Source of the DNA: a bacterium
GTDB taxonomy: Bacteria > Zhuqueibacterota > Zhuqueibacteria > Residuimicrobiales > Krinioviventaceae
Direction of reading: 5' to 3'
DNA length: 64,000 nt
Assembly: GCA_963675755.2 (NCBI GenBank)
Contig: CAXXMD010000001.1
Span: 192,001-256,000 of the forward strand
How positions within the stretch are numbered: position 1 is the stretch's first letter; every line of letters begins with the position of its first letter. This document shows positions 63,501 through 64,000 of the stretch, in pieces. The notes under the pieces were generated by a model. The model searched no databases. It had not been told where the DNA came from and saw only the letters and a list, made by a program, of their open reading frames with translations. Both the position numbers and the translations under genes were made by a program.

Positions 63501-63961
63501 AGAAACACATTGATCGTAAAAATCGTACTATGGCCTTTTTCAAGATTGAAGACTTTACCGGCAATATTGAAGGATTGGCTTTTTCAATTCCCTATGAAAA
63601 GTATAAAGATTTTATTTTTGAAGATTCTATGATAATGGCAATTGGCAAGATCAATACGCGCGAGTCAGAATCTCCTAAAATATTGATTGAAGAGATTATC
63701 TCGCTTGAGGAAGCACGAAAACGCTATACCAAAAATTTATGTGTGGCCTTACAAACCGATGTTATTACAGATGAATTACTTGCCGAAGTGAAACAGCTTT
63801 TAGAGCAATGTCAGGGTCAGGTCCCGGTATATTTTAATGTGAAAACGCCAGATAAAGGGGACTATATGCTGCGTTCCAAGTCTTTGAAAATTACACCCAA
63901 TCTTGATCTGGTAGAACAATTACGCGACAAGGTTGGAAGAGAAAATGTGTGGATTGGGTAA
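60539..63961 (+). CDS. dnaE: DNA polymerase III alpha subunit
   Basis: HLHNHT.FSLLDG, GPGRGSAAGS, FERFLNPERVSMPDIDID, KMDFLGL, YGFNKSH, C-terminal OB fold. Confidence 0.98.
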   Translation: MSEFIHLHNHTHFSLLDGACRIEDMVTQALEYNMNSLAITDHGCLFGAVEFYQKCTAREVKPIIGCEVYLAPGSRFDKKANDKTGTAYHLVLLSKNETGYKNLMKLVSMGYLEGFYYKPRIDWEILKQYSEGLVALSACLKGEVSQAILKKGKSDALDVIEKYKNTFGDDFYLEVQNHGIPEEDTVRENIIQIASENDLKVVATNDIHYLKKEHHEAHDVLLCLQTGKDFDDPNRMKYSTHELYFKSPKEMAQMFPGHPELLENSLEIAEKCNMTMNFKEYLIPDFEIPPDDGSKDLGEYLRKLSFEGLKERYDEITPELTERLDMELDIIISMGYAGYFLITWDFIRYARENDIPVGPGRGSAAGSLISYCLHITNLDPMRYNLIFERFLNPERVSMPDIDIDFCYERREEVIDYVKEKYGYNNVCQIITFGTMAARGVIRDVGRVLKMSYGEVDKIAKLVPTQINIKLAKAMEQVQELRELENKDAQHKRLFQFSRVLEGLARHASTHAAGVVIAPQELTNYVPLYKTKDGDVTTQYEMKVLDDVGLLKMDFLGLRTLTVIQKAVDSLKEKNIHIDIDHIDIHDSKVYELFARGETVGVFQFESSGMQEYLKKLQPECLEDLIAMNSLYRPGPMDFIDDFIRGKKDNTKVKYIHPILEDILKETYGIAVYQEQVMKMASVVGGFTLGGSDILRRAMGKKKVDVMQAKRVEFVEGAAERGVSEKQANEIFDMMEKFAGYGFNKSHAACYSLVAFQTAFLKTHYPAEFMAATISSEMGSSNRVTILLEECRRMGLNVLPPDVNESFSDFKVIGDEIRFGLGAVKNVGLGAIKAIVKAREENGSFQTIFELCQRVDKSTVNRKALESLVLAGAMDSLDGTRAQLFDAIDTAVDFAQKTQADSNSNQASIFDMETTEMAIAEPLLNDVDEWSQTDVLNKEKEILGFYLSGHPLDKFREEVYTYSTVTIDSVSELKDGSSVRLCGIITDLKKHIDRKNRTMAFFKIEDFTGNIEGLAFSIPYEKYKDFIFEDSMIMAIGKINTRESESPKILIEEIISLEEARKRYTKNLCVALQTDVITDELLAEVKQLLEQCQGQVPVYFNVKTPDKGDYMLRSKSLKITPNLDLVEQLRDKVGRENVWIG

Positions 63962-64000
63962 GTGAGGTTTTGGTGATAGATCGTGAAGAGCTGATAATAT

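Noticed and set aside
60539-63961. Intein or split gene in dnaE
   Set aside because: Normal length with continuous motifs and no intein signatures.

Overview
AT-rich bacterial chromosome segment, almost all housekeeping genes and mostly on the + strand, from a diderm anaerobe or facultative anaerobe. Gene order (gatC-kdsB-pyrG-kdsA...lptCAB-rpoN), a Bacteroidota-type insert in GlyA, a PorZ-like protein with a type IX secretion C-terminal domain and a BamG/BamH-like pair suggest the FCB superphylum. Strong Shine-Dalgarno sites and E. coli-like TTGAC/TAnAnT promoters point to a non-Bacteroidetes lineage such as KSB1 or Calditrichota (inference). Contents in order: end of the alpha operon; envelope cluster; rpiB-glyA-nrdR-rnfCDGEA (no rnfB); tatC with an acidic N-tail; PHP and MBL hydrolases; 2-oxoacid:ferredoxin oxidoreductase; RNase E/G; rplU-rpmA; Kdo/lipid A/Lpt cluster interrupted by three exported proteins; rpoN-hslVU-argF; LPS glycosyltransferases; the trp operon (- strand); rib operon; porZ-like; recN; cpoB-like; dnaE. 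No tRNA, rRNA, CRISPR array, IS or prophage was seen. The most notable unannotated items are: a trp leader peptide (WWWRW) with a six-segment, two-terminator attenuator; a candidate ~100-nt sRNA with an anti-Shine-Dalgarno loop; a multi-helix RNA leader before RNase E/G; a 56% Asp/Glu, Trp-studded orphan protein co-transcribed with a Nudix hydrolase; a KTSC gene with a sigma54-type promoter; and adjacent bamH/bamG-like genes. All family assignments are from motif recognition by eye, not database searches.
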